From: a virus
IMG/VR virus record: IMGVR_UViG_3300025030_000039
Span: 124,878-188,877 of that record
Direction: 5' to 3' (one strand)
DNA: 64,000 nucleotides
Shown here: positions 47,553 to 57,724 of the stretch, one piece after another
Numbering within the stretch: position 1 is the first letter of the stretch
Layout of the letters: each line of letters starts with the position of its first letter
Position numbers and translations under genes: made by a program
The notes under the pieces: generated by a model
The model's input: the letters and a program-made list of their open reading frames with translations, nothing else
Databases searched by the model: none
Told to the model about the DNA's origin: nothing

Positions 47553-48044
47553 ATGAAATACTTAACAGAGTTTTTTGATTTCATTAATAACGATATTAAT
47601 GAAAATGATATGTTATCTGAATATTTAAAGGAAGAATATTTAAATGAAGATTTTAGTTCTGAGTTTTATAATTTAGAAAATATAAATGAATCTAAAAAAT
47701 TATATGATACTGCTTTATGGAAAGAATATAGAAAAATAAAACCTTTACTAAAAGAAGGAAAACAATATAAAAAAGATACTAAAAGATATTTTGAATTACA
47801 AAAGGAATATATGTCAAAAGTATTAGAAGAAGATAAAGTTAATATTAAATATATGTCTGATCTTTTAATTGAAAAACTTAATTTATTAAATGAAGGAAGT
47901 AGAGATTATACTCTAAATGAAATGAGAAATAATAAAATTAAATTAATAGATAATTATAAGAAAAAACTTAATAGACAAATTAATAAAGACTTAAAAGAAA
48001 TGGAAGCGTTTTTTGATAGTAATCCTAAAATTTTATTGGTTTAA
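47553..48044 (+). CDS. MKYIK-N-terminal family protein (163 aa)
   Basis: N-terminus MKYLTEFFDFINNDINEN. Confidence 0.5.
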   Translation: MKYLTEFFDFINNDINENDMLSEYLKEEYLNEDFSSEFYNLENINESKKLYDTALWKEYRKIKPLLKEGKQYKKDTKRYFELQKEYMSKVLEEDKVNIKYMSDLLIEKLNLLNEGSRDYTLNEMRNNKIKLIDNYKKKLNRQINKDLKEMEAFFDSNPKILLV

Positions 48045-48371
48045 TTTCCATTTTATATAACTTTCACTATAATTTTTAGCAAGATCAAGAGCAAGATTTT
48101 CTATTATTTTTAATTCTTTTAATGAAAGATGTCTCATAAAGAAATCAATATTATTTTTAATTTTTATTTCTTGTGATTTTTCAAAGGTTAATATTTCTGC
48201 TTTCATTCTAATTTAGATAATTTACATTCAGCCTCATATAATAAGTCACGAAGCATTTTATTTTATTTTTCTATTTCAATTAATTCTAATTCGACAAGCC
48301 CAAATGTTCCCATACAAACTTCATCGTGAATAAGCTCCTTAATTTTTATCGTTTTTGCATTCATATTAATT

Positions 48372-48611
48372 TTATTCAGTTATTAATCCTTGTTGAATTG
48401 CCAGTTTCTTAGCTTCATATAATGGTTTAGATCTATTTTCAGTAGCAAACATTAATCCAGACATATAATCTGGACCATTACTACTATATCTTGCTATTAC
48501 AGTAGGTTCATTTTCACAAAAATATAAATCGTATTCTTCATACATACCTAAATATTTACAGATATCACAATCATGTTTAAATCTTGGAGTGTTCATTTTA
48601 TATTTATTCAT
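48372..48611 (-). CDS. hypothetical protein (79 aa)
   Basis: ORF. Confidence 0.35.
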   Translation of the reverse strand: MNKYKMNTPRFKHDCDICKYLGMYEEYDLYFCENEPTVIARYSSNGPDYMSGLMFATENRSKPLYEAKKLAIQQGLITE

Positions 48612-49358
48612 TTATTCAATATCATTTAAGTTATATCCTGAAAATAAACTAATATATTGAAGAACTGTTGTTCCATTTGCATCGCCAGATCCAGCTTCAG
48701 TTCCTTTTGAATCAAAAAAACAAATAGCGTCATCAGGCTTAAGATGAAATGCCATTAATATTCCGGATTCCGAAATATATTTTCCATTAATAGTTGTATT
48801 ATTATATTCATCAATATATTTTTTATAAGCCTTTCTATTTTCTCTTAATAATTGTTTGAATGCACCTATTTGTAATTCTTTATTTTTTAAAAAATCTTCT
48901 TTTGATACTGTTATACCAATTAATTTTAATGTAGATGGAGAAAATTGAAAATAACCCATCATTGTACCATTAGTAATAGTCCATTTATTACCAGATTCCA
49001 TTTTACCTACATCTAATATAAATTGATCAAAAGTTTTTAATTTTACTTTTTTGATATCAATATAAACAGTATCTTTAATTTGAACTTTTTGAACACTAAT
49101 AATAGGTTCAACTAATTTTGTGCTTAAAACATAAAGTAATATTACAACAGTTAAAATATAAAATACTTTAAGTAAAAATTTTTTATAACCATATTTAACA
49201 AATCTTTTAAATTTACCACTAACAATATCTTTTAATAAAGGATATGCAGCCTGAAGTATAAAATTGAATTGTTCTATTTTATTATCTAAATATCTGTTTG
49301 TTGGATAATTGCTATCCTCGGTTTTCTTAAGAGTAGGAATTTTAGTAAATATATTCAT
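48612..49358 (-). CDS. membrane-anchored lytic transglycosylase-like protein (SLT domain)
   Basis: Transmembrane helix FLLKVFYILTVVILLYVL followed by ESGNKWTITNGTMMGYFQFSPSTLKLIG, which resembles the catalytic E-S...GLMQ...TA block of SLT enzymes. Confidence 0.45.
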   Translation of the reverse strand: MNIFTKIPTLKKTEDSNYPTNRYLDNKIEQFNFILQAAYPLLKDIVSGKFKRFVKYGYKKFLLKVFYILTVVILLYVLSTKLVEPIISVQKVQIKDTVYIDIKKVKLKTFDQFILDVGKMESGNKWTITNGTMMGYFQFSPSTLKLIGITVSKEDFLKNKELQIGAFKQLLRENRKAYKKYIDEYNNTTINGKYISESGILMAFHLKPDDAICFFDSKGTEAGSGDANGTTVLQYISLFSGYNLNDIE

Positions 49359-49373
49359 TTAAAATATAATTTA

Positions 49374-49402
49374 AGTAAATATAATAATAAAGTTTTTATA
49401 AA
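49374..49402 (-). promoter_or_regulatory. conserved upstream motif, instance 4 (AGTAAATATAATAATAAAGTTTTTATA), about 17 nt before the ATG at 49358
   Basis: Motif family. Confidence 0.45.
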
Positions 49403-49410
49403 AATAATAT

Positions 49411-49596
49411 TTAAAAATGAAACATTCTAGCTAACTCTTCATGACCTATTGCTTCAAATCTAACTGCTGATACGCAATGACTATGGACGCTTGCCATTCC
49501 GGCTATTCCAAGTTTCAAATAACCTTTACTATTCTCTTTAAGACATAGATGTTTGCCTAATTTTATTTGAAGATTTTTTACTAACTTTTTATTCAT
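49411..49596 (-). CDS. hypothetical protein (61 aa)
   Basis: ORF. Confidence 0.25.
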   Translation of the reverse strand: MNKKLVKNLQIKLGKHLCLKENSKGYLKLGIAGMASVHSHCVSAVRFEAIGHEELARMFHF

Positions 49597-50185
49597 AATT
49601 CATCTTTATAATAATTTTATTTAAATCAATTACATTAGTAGTAGCTGCCTGTTCACAAGCATTAGCAGCAAGAGTAGCACTAGAGTAAGAATTATTAACA
49701 GCAGCAAGAGTAGCAAAATGAGCAGCAGAACTATAATGTTTGATATTAAAAACAACATTACGAATAGCATAATGAGCACTTTCTATTATTCGATCTTCGC
49801 CATTCAACCAATTATCTGCCCATTCATTCCAACGTTCATCTTTGTAAACTTCTTTAACACATAATATACCAAATGTAATTTTTTTTATTAAAGATATTTC
49901 AGGTAACTTTAATTCTTTGATTATTGTCATTATAGTACAACCACCTTTTAAACCATGGTCATCAAGATGAGTTCCTTCTGCTTTAACTTCAAATAGTTTA
50001 GGCATATTAAACCCAGCATGTATTGGATTTAGTAATACTGCAAGTTCAGGACTATGATAATAATGTAAATATCCTTGACTACAAAGTTGATTTGGCAAAC
50101 CTGATACAGTTTTCTTTATGCCTAGTTCCCACTGAAAACCCTTATGAGTTTGAAGATTTTGGTTAGTTAATTTATACTTTTTCAT
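49589..50185 (-). CDS. hypothetical protein (198 aa)
   Basis: ORF. Confidence 0.4.
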   Translation of the reverse strand: MKKYKLTNQNLQTHKGFQWELGIKKTVSGLPNQLCSQGYLHYYHSPELAVLLNPIHAGFNMPKLFEVKAEGTHLDDHGLKGGCTIMTIIKELKLPEISLIKKITFGILCVKEVYKDERWNEWADNWLNGEDRIIESAHYAIRNVVFNIKHYSSAAHFATLAAVNNSYSSATLAANACEQAATTNVIDLNKIIIKMNYE

Positions 50186-50189
50186 TATT

Positions 50190-50663
50190 TTATAATTCGT
50201 TTTTATATTTAGGAACCTTTATAATATCATTATACCATTTTAAATTATCTAAATCTTCATTTTTAAAATTATTTAGCATAATTTCATATTCCAGTCCCGA
50301 TTCATAATAATTTTGCATAAACCATAAAACACGATCTTCATATGATAATTCTTCTCTTATAAATATAGGATCTTCATGCCTTAATGTGGTAATTAATGGA
50401 ATTTGATTCTTTAACTTTTTAAATTCTTCTGATAAATATTTACCAAATTCTCTAATCATATTAATCTTTGTAAGAATATGTAAAATAGAATTAATATTAA
50501 AATCTTTTGTTAAAATATTCCAAGCAGTTCCTTTTGTTATACATTTATTTACTTTACTTATTTCTTTCCAATCAGTAATATTATTTTGTGCGTTAATTAA
50601 CATTTCTAATAATTCTTTATTAGTTATTTTTTCTGCAATTTTTTTAGCTAAAATTTTGTTCAT
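50190..50663 (-). CDS. hypothetical protein (157 aa)
   Basis: ORF. Confidence 0.4.
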   Translation of the reverse strand: MNKILAKKIAEKITNKELLEMLINAQNNITDWKEISKVNKCITKGTAWNILTKDFNINSILHILTKINMIREFGKYLSEEFKKLKNQIPLITTLRHEDPIFIREELSYEDRVLWFMQNYYESGLEYEIMLNNFKNEDLDNLKWYNDIIKVPKYKNEL

Positions 50664-50668
50664 AATAA

Positions 50669-51109
50669 TTATACTAAAGGTGATGATACTAATTTGGGAG
50701 AATAATCATTTATAAATTCAGATTTAGAAAAATATATTCCAAATAAATCGATAAGTTTATATTGATATTCAATTCCTTTCAATAAATTTTCACTATACAT
50801 AACCTTTGTAAAAGCAGTAGGCATGGGTAAATCTGTTTCAGATAAAGGTTTTCCTTTTAATAAACAATAGCATCTTGTTAATAATTCCAATAAAATAAAA
50901 TCTTTATCTAAACTCCAATAATCGCAATATAAACATATCTTCTGTTTCCAAACAGAAGATAAAATTATTTTAAAATCTTCAAATTCAATACAATGTTTAT
51001 TTATCATACCTATATGTTGTTCAATATACATTTTAGGTATAGATATTATTTCATTATTTTTCTTTTTTATAAGTGCTTGTAAATTTTTTAAAAAATCATT
51101 TTCATTCAT
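50669..51109 (-). CDS. hypothetical protein (146 aa)
   Basis: ORF. Confidence 0.4.
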   Translation of the reverse strand: MNENDFLKNLQALIKKKNNEIISIPKMYIEQHIGMINKHCIEFEDFKIILSSVWKQKICLYCDYWSLDKDFILLELLTRCYCLLKGKPLSETDLPMPTAFTKVMYSENLLKGIEYQYKLIDLFGIYFSKSEFINDYSPKLVSSPLV

Positions 51110-51329
51110 AAATATAAGGAATGTAATTAAGTAATTTTGTAACTATTCTATTTTTGTATTCTATAGCTTTATTTTTAGATATCACTCTTTCCGCTTCTGT
51201 TAAATCCCAATCTGAATCTATTTTAGATATGATAGCATTCATTTTATTTTTTAGAGTTTTTAATCGTTTTTCTGATAATTTATTTAATAAGTTATCAGAT
51301 AATTCCGTATAGTTTAAATTTGTTTTCAT
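51102..51329 (-). CDS. hypothetical protein (75 aa)
   Basis: ORF overlapping its neighbours by 4-8 nt (translational coupling). Confidence 0.35.
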   Translation of the reverse strand: MKTNLNYTELSDNLLNKLSEKRLKTLKNKMNAIISKIDSDWDLTEAERVISKNKAIEYKNRIVTKLLNYIPYIYE

Positions 51330-51709
51330 ATAAATTTGTACATATAGTTAATACCTTCCCAATAGTGTTCATATCCTTCTTTAACATAAATATCAATAAG
51401 TGTTTGTTGTCCTATTTCAGAATATGGATCAGGATTTAAAATTATCGTATCTGCCCCCTTTTCTTTCATTATATTTTGAGCTTTATTTATCAAAAGTTTA
51501 AAAATTCCTTTTCTTCTAAATTCAGGATTAACATATAAATTACAAATTATCCATGTATATTTTGTAAGATCATTAAATCCTAAATCTAAATTAGATATTA
51601 TAGTAGAATCAATAAGTCCAATTCTATTATTTAAATAGTTAGCTTTTAAAAAAATTCCTGTATTTGTGTTATATACATATTCTATTTTAACATCTAAAAC
51701 ATTAAACAT
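51326..51709 (-). CDS. GNAT-family N-acetyltransferase
   Basis: Motif A NPEFRRKGIFKLLINKAQNIMKEKGADTIILN. Confidence 0.6.
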   Translation of the reverse strand: MFNVLDVKIEYVYNTNTGIFLKANYLNNRIGLIDSTIISNLDLGFNDLTKYTWIICNLYVNPEFRRKGIFKLLINKAQNIMKEKGADTIILNPDPYSEIGQQTLIDIYVKEGYEHYWEGINYMYKFI

Positions 51710-51736
51710 ATTTAAAAGATTTATACGGTTATTTAT

Positions 51737-51803
51737 TTTAATAGCTAAATTTTAATAATATGGTACAATATAAAAATTAACCGCTAATACCAAGATTCAC
51801 AGT
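51737..51803. repeat. ~70-bp intergenic element, copy 2 (see 30721-30790)
   Basis: TTTTAATAGCT...AATAATATGGTACAATATA...CAAGATTCACAG. Confidence 0.5.
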
Positions 51804-51820
51804 TTATAATAAATAAGGAC

Positions 51821-52030
51821 TTAAGTGTTTAAAAATACCATGAAATTATATATTTTTTTATCGTCATAAAAGGGATCATTTTCAGTATTAGTTATTATGT
51901 CATATATCTCTGGTATCATATCATGTAATGCTAACATATAACTTTGACCTAAACGTAATTCAGTATGAGCATATTCTATAGTTTTTTCTGTTAATTCTAT
52001 CCACTCTGGATCTGTTAATTTTCCTTTCAT
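51821..52030 (-). CDS. hypothetical protein (69 aa)
   Basis: ORF. Confidence 0.3.
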   Translation of the reverse strand: MKGKLTDPEWIELTEKTIEYAHTELRLGQSYMLALHDMIPEIYDIITNTENDPFYDDKKIYNFMVFLNT

Positions 52031-52034
52031 TTAA

Positions 52035-52859
52035 CTAAGATTTTAGCATAACTTCCTTTAATTCATCTATTAAATTTAAATGTCTAGTATCAAATGGTTG
52101 CCATGCTAATCCCATTTCTTTAAGATCAAAATGTTTAACAATTGTACTATAATCTTTTACACCTTCAGGATGTCCTATTACATAAATGCTATCAGCTAAT
52201 TCAACTGCTAATTTAAGGTCATGTGTTGAAAAAATAACAGTATTTAATTCATTACTATTTTTAATTAAATTAAAAGATTCTTTAACATTCTCAATATTAC
52301 CAACGTCTAATCCAGAAAAAGGTTCATCAAAAATCATAAAATATTTTGATGTTAATAATTGTTCAATAATTGCTGTACGCTGACGTTGACCTCCAGATAA
52401 TTCACAAGGATATTTATCTTTATGATCTATAAGACCCCATTTAGATAATTGTTCATTAATAATTTTAATTTTTTCTTGTTTAGTAGATTTATTTTTCTTT
52501 AATGCATATATCATTATTTGCATTACTGTTTTATGTCTAAATAATGTATATTTTTGATCTACAAATCCTACATCTCCTTCTTCTACTTCTTTAGCATCTT
52601 CGACATTTTCTGTACTATTATTGGAAATTAATACCTGACCACTAATAGGTTTAACTAACCGTGTTAAAACTTTAAATAAAGTCGATTTTCCTCTGCCTGA
52701 TCTACCGACTACTGCAATAGTTTGGCCTGTAGCAATATATCCTTCTCTAACAACATCTTTTTCACATAATGTAATATCTTTAAGAATAACTTTATCACCA
52801 TAACCTGCACTAACTTTATCAATATATAATAGTGTTTGTTTTAATTCGTATTTGTTCAT
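52035..52859 (-). CDS. ABC transporter ATP-binding protein (NitT/TauT-like)
   Basis: Walker A GRSGRGKST, signature LSGGQRQR, Walker B MIFDEPFSGLD. Confidence 0.85.
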   Translation of the reverse strand: MNKYELKQTLLYIDKVSAGYGDKVILKDITLCEKDVVREGYIATGQTIAVVGRSGRGKSTLFKVLTRLVKPISGQVLISNNSTENVEDAKEVEEGDVGFVDQKYTLFRHKTVMQIMIYALKKNKSTKQEKIKIINEQLSKWGLIDHKDKYPCELSGGQRQRTAIIEQLLTSKYFMIFDEPFSGLDVGNIENVKESFNLIKNSNELNTVIFSTHDLKLAVELADSIYVIGHPEGVKDYSTIVKHFDLKEMGLAWQPFDTRHLNLIDELKEVMLKS

Positions 52860-52877
52860 AATTAAGGTGTTTAAAGA

Positions 52878-53648
52878 TTAAAATTTAGAATATCTGAATA
52901 ACAATTTACGACTTTTAGTTAATAAAAAGTCTATACATAAACCTATAAGTATAATTATAATTTGTACTGCAACTACTCGGCCCTGATTTCCAAGTTTATC
53001 AGAATTTTTTATAAGTACACCTAGACCACCACTTGCAATTAAAATACTTTCAACTGTAACTATAGATACCCATGCGATTGCTAAATTAGTTCGTATTGCT
53101 TCTATAATATAATCAAATCTTCCTTTAATAATAACTTCCCATAAAATCTCCCATCGTGTACAACCTAACGTTCTAGCATGATCAAATTCTTCACCTGGAA
53201 TATCTTTTAAAATTCCTAAAATTGAAGTTATAAGAAAAGTAGAAACAAAAACTATTAATACATTAATTTGTATAGCTCTTGCATCACTAACTAATATAGC
53301 CATATAAAAAGCTATTCCAGTAAGAGGTAAATATCTAAATTTAGAAATAGTATTAGCTATAGGAGATAATAACGGCAAAGGAGATAAATAACATATTGTT
53401 AACGAAATAATAATTGAAAAGAAAATAGATTGTCCAAATAAAGACAATGTACTAAATATATGAACCATTAATCCTTCTCTCCATAAATCAGATACTCCAA
53501 CTAATACTTGCGATGGAGTAGGAAAAAGATGTGTAGTACTTAATATTGAACTTAATATCCAAACAATAAATATAACAGCTATCCAACCAAATTGTATAAT
53601 ACTTTTTTTGATATTTGTAATCTCTTCAAAGGGTCTTATAATTTTCAT
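52878..53648 (-). CDS. ABC transporter permease (NitT/TauT/SsuC-like)
   Basis: Six transmembrane helices; EAA-like loop ARTLGCTRWEILWEVIIKGRFDYIIEAIRTNLAIAW. Confidence 0.7.
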   Translation of the reverse strand: MKIIRPFEEITNIKKSIIQFGWIAVIFIVWILSSILSTTHLFPTPSQVLVGVSDLWREGLMVHIFSTLSLFGQSIFFSIIISLTICYLSPLPLLSPIANTISKFRYLPLTGIAFYMAILVSDARAIQINVLIVFVSTFLITSILGILKDIPGEEFDHARTLGCTRWEILWEVIIKGRFDYIIEAIRTNLAIAWVSIVTVESILIASGGLGVLIKNSDKLGNQGRVVAVQIIIILIGLCIDFLLTKSRKLLFRYSKF

Positions 53649-53658
53649 AATATAAATT

Positions 53659-53934
53659 CTATTTTTTAATTTCTTCTAAATCATTTTTATCAGCATAAAA
53701 TTTAACGAATGGATCCATTTTAAATGATTTTACAAAATCAAATTGGTCTTTTTTAGGAATTTCATCTAAAATATTTCTTATTTGAGAAGTATCATTAATT
53801 ATAAAACCACCAGTCATAAATTTTTTTCCATCTTTTTCAATTAGAATTAAATTATTTGTTTTATCTATTGCATTTGATATTAATATTGCTTCTTCGTAGC
53901 CGTTTGTTGATGGAGTTATATGTAAAATTTTCAT
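53659..53934 (-). CDS. hypothetical protein (91 aa)
   Basis: ORF. Confidence 0.35.
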   Translation of the reverse strand: MKILHITPSTNGYEEAILISNAIDKTNNLILIEKDGKKFMTGGFIINDTSQIRNILDEIPKKDQFDFVKSFKMDPFVKFYADKNDLEEIKK

Positions 53935-53955
53935 ACGAATATATTTAAAGTTAAT

Positions 53956-53990
53956 TTGTAAAAGTGTCCTAAATTAGGACACTTTTACAA
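53956..53990. promoter_or_regulatory. perfect 15-bp-arm palindrome TTGTAAAAGTGTCCT-AAATT-AGGACACTTTTACAA between the OmpA-fusion gene and the downstream ABC genes; operator or terminator
   Basis: Seen directly in the sequence. Confidence 0.45.
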
Positions 53991-54003
53991 ATTCTTATTT
54001 ATA

Positions 54004-55818
54004 TTATTTTAAAAGTGTTATTTCACTTCTTCTATTTTTAGCTTTACCATTAGAAGTATTGTTATCTGCTATAGGTTCATTTTGACCTTTACCATCTACT
54101 AATTGAAAACGTGATACTGGAATACCTTTGTTCATTAAATAATTTTGTACTGCATTAGCTCTTCCTTTTGATAAAGTTAAGTTAGCATCTGCATTACCAG
54201 TATTATCAGTATGACCAATAATTTTAACTTTAGTATTTTCAGCTTGTATTAGTAAATTATAGATAGTTTCTAAATCTTTAGTTGACCCGGATATTGTTGA
54301 AGAACCTGTTTCAAAATTAATTGACCAATTACCACTAGCTAATACTTCAGTTTTAGTTTCTGTATAATCTGCTTTCTGAGTAACACCTGCATCAATATCA
54401 TTAATAGATTTTAAGAAATATAAATTAACAGCATCATCATAAGGTACTACACCTGTCTTAATCATATCATTAAAACCACAAGGATTAAGTTCTACTAAAT
54501 AAGATGAAATTTGATTATATACTGATTTATATCTATTTACTCCATCAGTAATACCATAGTATTGCATTGCATCTGCATAGTTAAAAACTTTAGAGCCACC
54601 AATATTAAAACTAACTCCTCCTTTTTCGCCCTTTTGACCTTTAAATAAATCATACCAATATTTTGGTGTTTCTAAATTATATGTTTTACATACAGCTTGT
54701 GATGCAAATACTGCCCACTGATCATATTGTTTAATTTGATTACATGCTATATAAGAATTTTTAAGTATGCCTGTAACAATTTTCTCATGTTGTAAAGCCC
54801 ATTCTTTGATAACTACAATAGTTGTTGCCATTTGATTATTAAATTCTTTTGTAGAAACAACATCTGTAAATCCAGTAAGAGCATCAAATGCCATTTTATC
54901 TCCAGGTGTCCATGTTGTAGCTCCATCAATTTTTTTATCAATTGTTTTACCAGTCAATTTTCCATTTTTAACTTCTTTTAAAGGAACTGTAAAACCACTT
55001 AATTGAGATTTAATTAATTCTTTAACAGATGCAATATAATCATCATTTTCAGAAGGAAAGAAATTTACAGCATCAGCATCATAAGTTTTAGGATCCGGAT
55101 TTACAGGTAATTTATTAGCAAATGCATAATTTAAAGCTACTACCCAATCTCCATCTCCAATTACGGATGATATTAAAGATCCAATCATTAATTTAGGATT
55201 ATCTTTCCATTCTTTTGGTCCAATTAATTTATCTTCTCCATTAGACATACCGATAGCACCAATTGCTTGTACATGATATTTTCCTTTACCGAATTTATCA
55301 TCTAATGCTTGTTGTGTTGTTGAAATATAAAATGGAACGCCATCACCCATAATAGATACCGCAAAAGCTCCTTTATCAGATTCTGGATATTCTTTTCCTT
55401 TATCATATTCTTCAACAAATTTAATATGCATATTTCTTAATTCTGAAACCCAATCTTGTCTTATAATTTCTAAATTTATACCAGATATTTCCATTAAAGA
55501 ACCTTTAGTAGGTCTAGGTCCACCATTTGCACTAATCATTCCACTGTTACAATTCCAAGCATATTCTGCGATACGAATTAATGGTTGACTAACTACTGCA
55601 GTTGAAGGCTCTTCTGTTGGAACTGCAAGCATTGTACCTGCTGTAATATTATTTATATTATCAGTGTTTAGTTCTAAACCTGCCAGCTGTTTAGATTCAT
55701 CAACTCTTAATCCAGGAGCAAACCAATATACTCCACCTAAAATTACGACTAAAATAATTGCGACAATAATAGCTTCAAAGCCGGTTGTCAAGTTTTTTGT
55801 TCTTAAAATTTTTCCCAT
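54004..55818 (-). CDS. membrane-anchored periplasmic solute-binding-like protein fused to a C-terminal OmpA-family peptidoglycan-binding domain
   Basis: N-terminal transmembrane helix. C-terminus IIGHTDNTGNADANLTLSKGRANAVQNYL...RRSEI carries the OmpA_C signature. Sits upstream of the ABC ATPase and permease. Confidence 0.6.
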   Translation of the reverse strand: MGKILRTKNLTTGFEAIIVAIILVVILGGVYWFAPGLRVDESKQLAGLELNTDNINNITAGTMLAVPTEEPSTAVVSQPLIRIAEYAWNCNSGMISANGGPRPTKGSLMEISGINLEIIRQDWVSELRNMHIKFVEEYDKGKEYPESDKGAFAVSIMGDGVPFYISTTQQALDDKFGKGKYHVQAIGAIGMSNGEDKLIGPKEWKDNPKLMIGSLISSVIGDGDWVVALNYAFANKLPVNPDPKTYDADAVNFFPSENDDYIASVKELIKSQLSGFTVPLKEVKNGKLTGKTIDKKIDGATTWTPGDKMAFDALTGFTDVVSTKEFNNQMATTIVVIKEWALQHEKIVTGILKNSYIACNQIKQYDQWAVFASQAVCKTYNLETPKYWYDLFKGQKGEKGGVSFNIGGSKVFNYADAMQYYGITDGVNRYKSVYNQISSYLVELNPCGFNDMIKTGVVPYDDAVNLYFLKSINDIDAGVTQKADYTETKTEVLASGNWSINFETGSSTISGSTKDLETIYNLLIQAENTKVKIIGHTDNTGNADANLTLSKGRANAVQNYLMNKGIPVSRFQLVDGKGQNEPIADNNTSNGKAKNRRSEITLLK

Positions 55819-55851
55819 TGTTAATAGAATTTAAAATTAATAAATAAAAGT

Positions 55852-56958
55852 TTAAAATATATCATTAAATCCACCGCTTTTTAATTTATCTTGGTGTGTC
55901 AATTGATATTCAGGATTACTGTATTGTTTAGCATCAGGTAACTCATAACTACCAGTTTTGATATCATTAGCTAAAACATCTAAGTTTGCATATAAAGTAT
56001 CGCTATCTCCATTTAATGCATATTGTGCAGTTAATGAATCAATATCATTAAGATTTCCGGATGTTATAGCAATATCTTGTGCAATAGTAGAAGTAACTAC
56101 ATCTAATGCATATTCAAGTTCCCATGTTTTAGTAAACATCATAGCAGATTTAGCACTTTCAGTAGCTTGTCGGGATTTTTGTGCAAAGTCATAATCTTTT
56201 TTCAAAATTTCAATAGTTGCATCAAAATCAGATACTTTAATATCCATTGTTGTTTCAACCATTATAAGTTTATGACTAAATTTTTTCATAATATTAGCTC
56301 TTGTTCCATATTTTTGAATAAATTCAGTTTCTTGTGTAAGCTTATTACTTATACGAGCACTATCAGATAATAATTTACGAAATTCTGAATCAGTATTAAC
56401 ATATTCATCAGTTCCTTTTGCTGCAGGACCTCCGGTTTTTACCATATCATCTAATTGATCTTTTAATTTTTGTGCTTTTGCTTGTATAGATACAACATCT
56501 GTTTGTAATTTTTTAGCTGTCTTCTCGGACTTATCAGCTTCTATTTCCATTTCATTTTTTAAATTCAAAATCTTTCCTTTTGCTTGTTGAAATTTTTGTT
56601 TATTTTGATACATTAAATCTCTTTGATGATATAATTCTGCAAATGGATCGTGTTTTATAATTGCTTTATGCAAATTTCGAGTTAATACTCTTATTCCTTT
56701 AAGAATAACTGGCATTGCAATTATAAGTCCAAGTAATAATATTCCTGTTGTTGCTACAGCAAGAAATTGACCGATTGCTTGAAAAACTACAGGCAATACA
56801 TATACCCATAAACCATAACCAACAGCTCCTGCTGCTGCTAATTTAATAAAGAAATTTAATCCTTTTTCTCCTTTTCTCCAACTTGTTATATTTTTAGATA
56901 TATCGCTATCTTCAAAATGTTTAAAAATTGGTAAACTTTTTAAATTGCTATTGTCCAT
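55852..56958 (-). CDS. membrane protein with two N-terminal transmembrane helices and a long coiled-coil domain
   Basis: Transmembrane segment LAAAGAVGYGLWVYVLPVVFQAIGQFLAVATTGILLLGLIIAMPVIL, followed by a helical Lys/Glu/Gln-rich region. Confidence 0.45.
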   Translation of the reverse strand: MDNSNLKSLPIFKHFEDSDISKNITSWRKGEKGLNFFIKLAAAGAVGYGLWVYVLPVVFQAIGQFLAVATTGILLLGLIIAMPVILKGIRVLTRNLHKAIIKHDPFAELYHQRDLMYQNKQKFQQAKGKILNLKNEMEIEADKSEKTAKKLQTDVVSIQAKAQKLKDQLDDMVKTGGPAAKGTDEYVNTDSEFRKLLSDSARISNKLTQETEFIQKYGTRANIMKKFSHKLIMVETTMDIKVSDFDATIEILKKDYDFAQKSRQATESAKSAMMFTKTWELEYALDVVTSTIAQDIAITSGNLNDIDSLTAQYALNGDSDTLYANLDVLANDIKTGSYELPDAKQYSNPEYQLTHQDKLKSGGFNDIF

Positions 56959-56962
56959 AATT

Positions 56963-57724
56963 CTATTTTAAATTGTTAATAATTCCATTTTTAACTTTAG
57001 TTATTGATCCCAATATTACATCTTTAGCGTGATCATTTGCCATTAATTTACAATCAATTTCAGTTAATTGAGTTGAATATTTAGAATCAATTTGTGATAA
57101 TAAACTTTCTTTTGACTGTATTTGATTTTTAATACTTTCTAATTGCATTTTTAAATTATCTAATTCTGCAACTAAATTTTTATTTTCATTTTCTTTTTGA
57201 TTAGTTACTTCATTTCTTTTTGTTTGACCTTTATCAACATAAGTTTTATATACTTTATTAATTTCAGTTATATAAAAATCTGATTGTGATAATAATGATT
57301 CTTTAGAAACTGTTTTATCAATTCCTTTAGCCATCATTAAAGCCATATTATAGATTTGTGGATTATCAATACCTGCACTAATAATAGATTGATAATATTC
57401 GAAAAAATCATATCCTGTCATATTTAATCCTTCAAATCCTTGCTCATACATCTTCATTACTGAATCAATATGAGGTTGACATACAGGATTAACTTCAGTT
57501 AGATTAGTATTTATAACAATTTTTTCAATATTAACAGTATTAGGAAAAGTAGTTTTTTGTTGTGTATTAGCAGTATTTGGAAAAGTAGAAGTACTTTTAT
57601 TTGGTTCAATTTTTTTAGATTGTTCCTCTACTTTATCATTAACGAAAAAAAGATCTTTAAAACCCATATTACTATTTTTAAAATTTATAATGTTGAGCAC
57701 GTTTAAACTTAAAACATTTATCAT
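56963..57724 (-). CDS. coiled-coil protein (253 aa)
   Basis: ORF with heptad-like Lys/Glu/Leu/Gln composition in its C-terminal half. Confidence 0.4.
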   Translation of the reverse strand: MINVLSLNVLNIINFKNSNMGFKDLFFVNDKVEEQSKKIEPNKSTSTFPNTANTQQKTTFPNTVNIEKIVINTNLTEVNPVCQPHIDSVMKMYEQGFEGLNMTGYDFFEYYQSIISAGIDNPQIYNMALMMAKGIDKTVSKESLLSQSDFYITEINKVYKTYVDKGQTKRNEVTNQKENENKNLVAELDNLKMQLESIKNQIQSKESLLSQIDSKYSTQLTEIDCKLMANDHAKDVILGSITKVKNGIINNLK

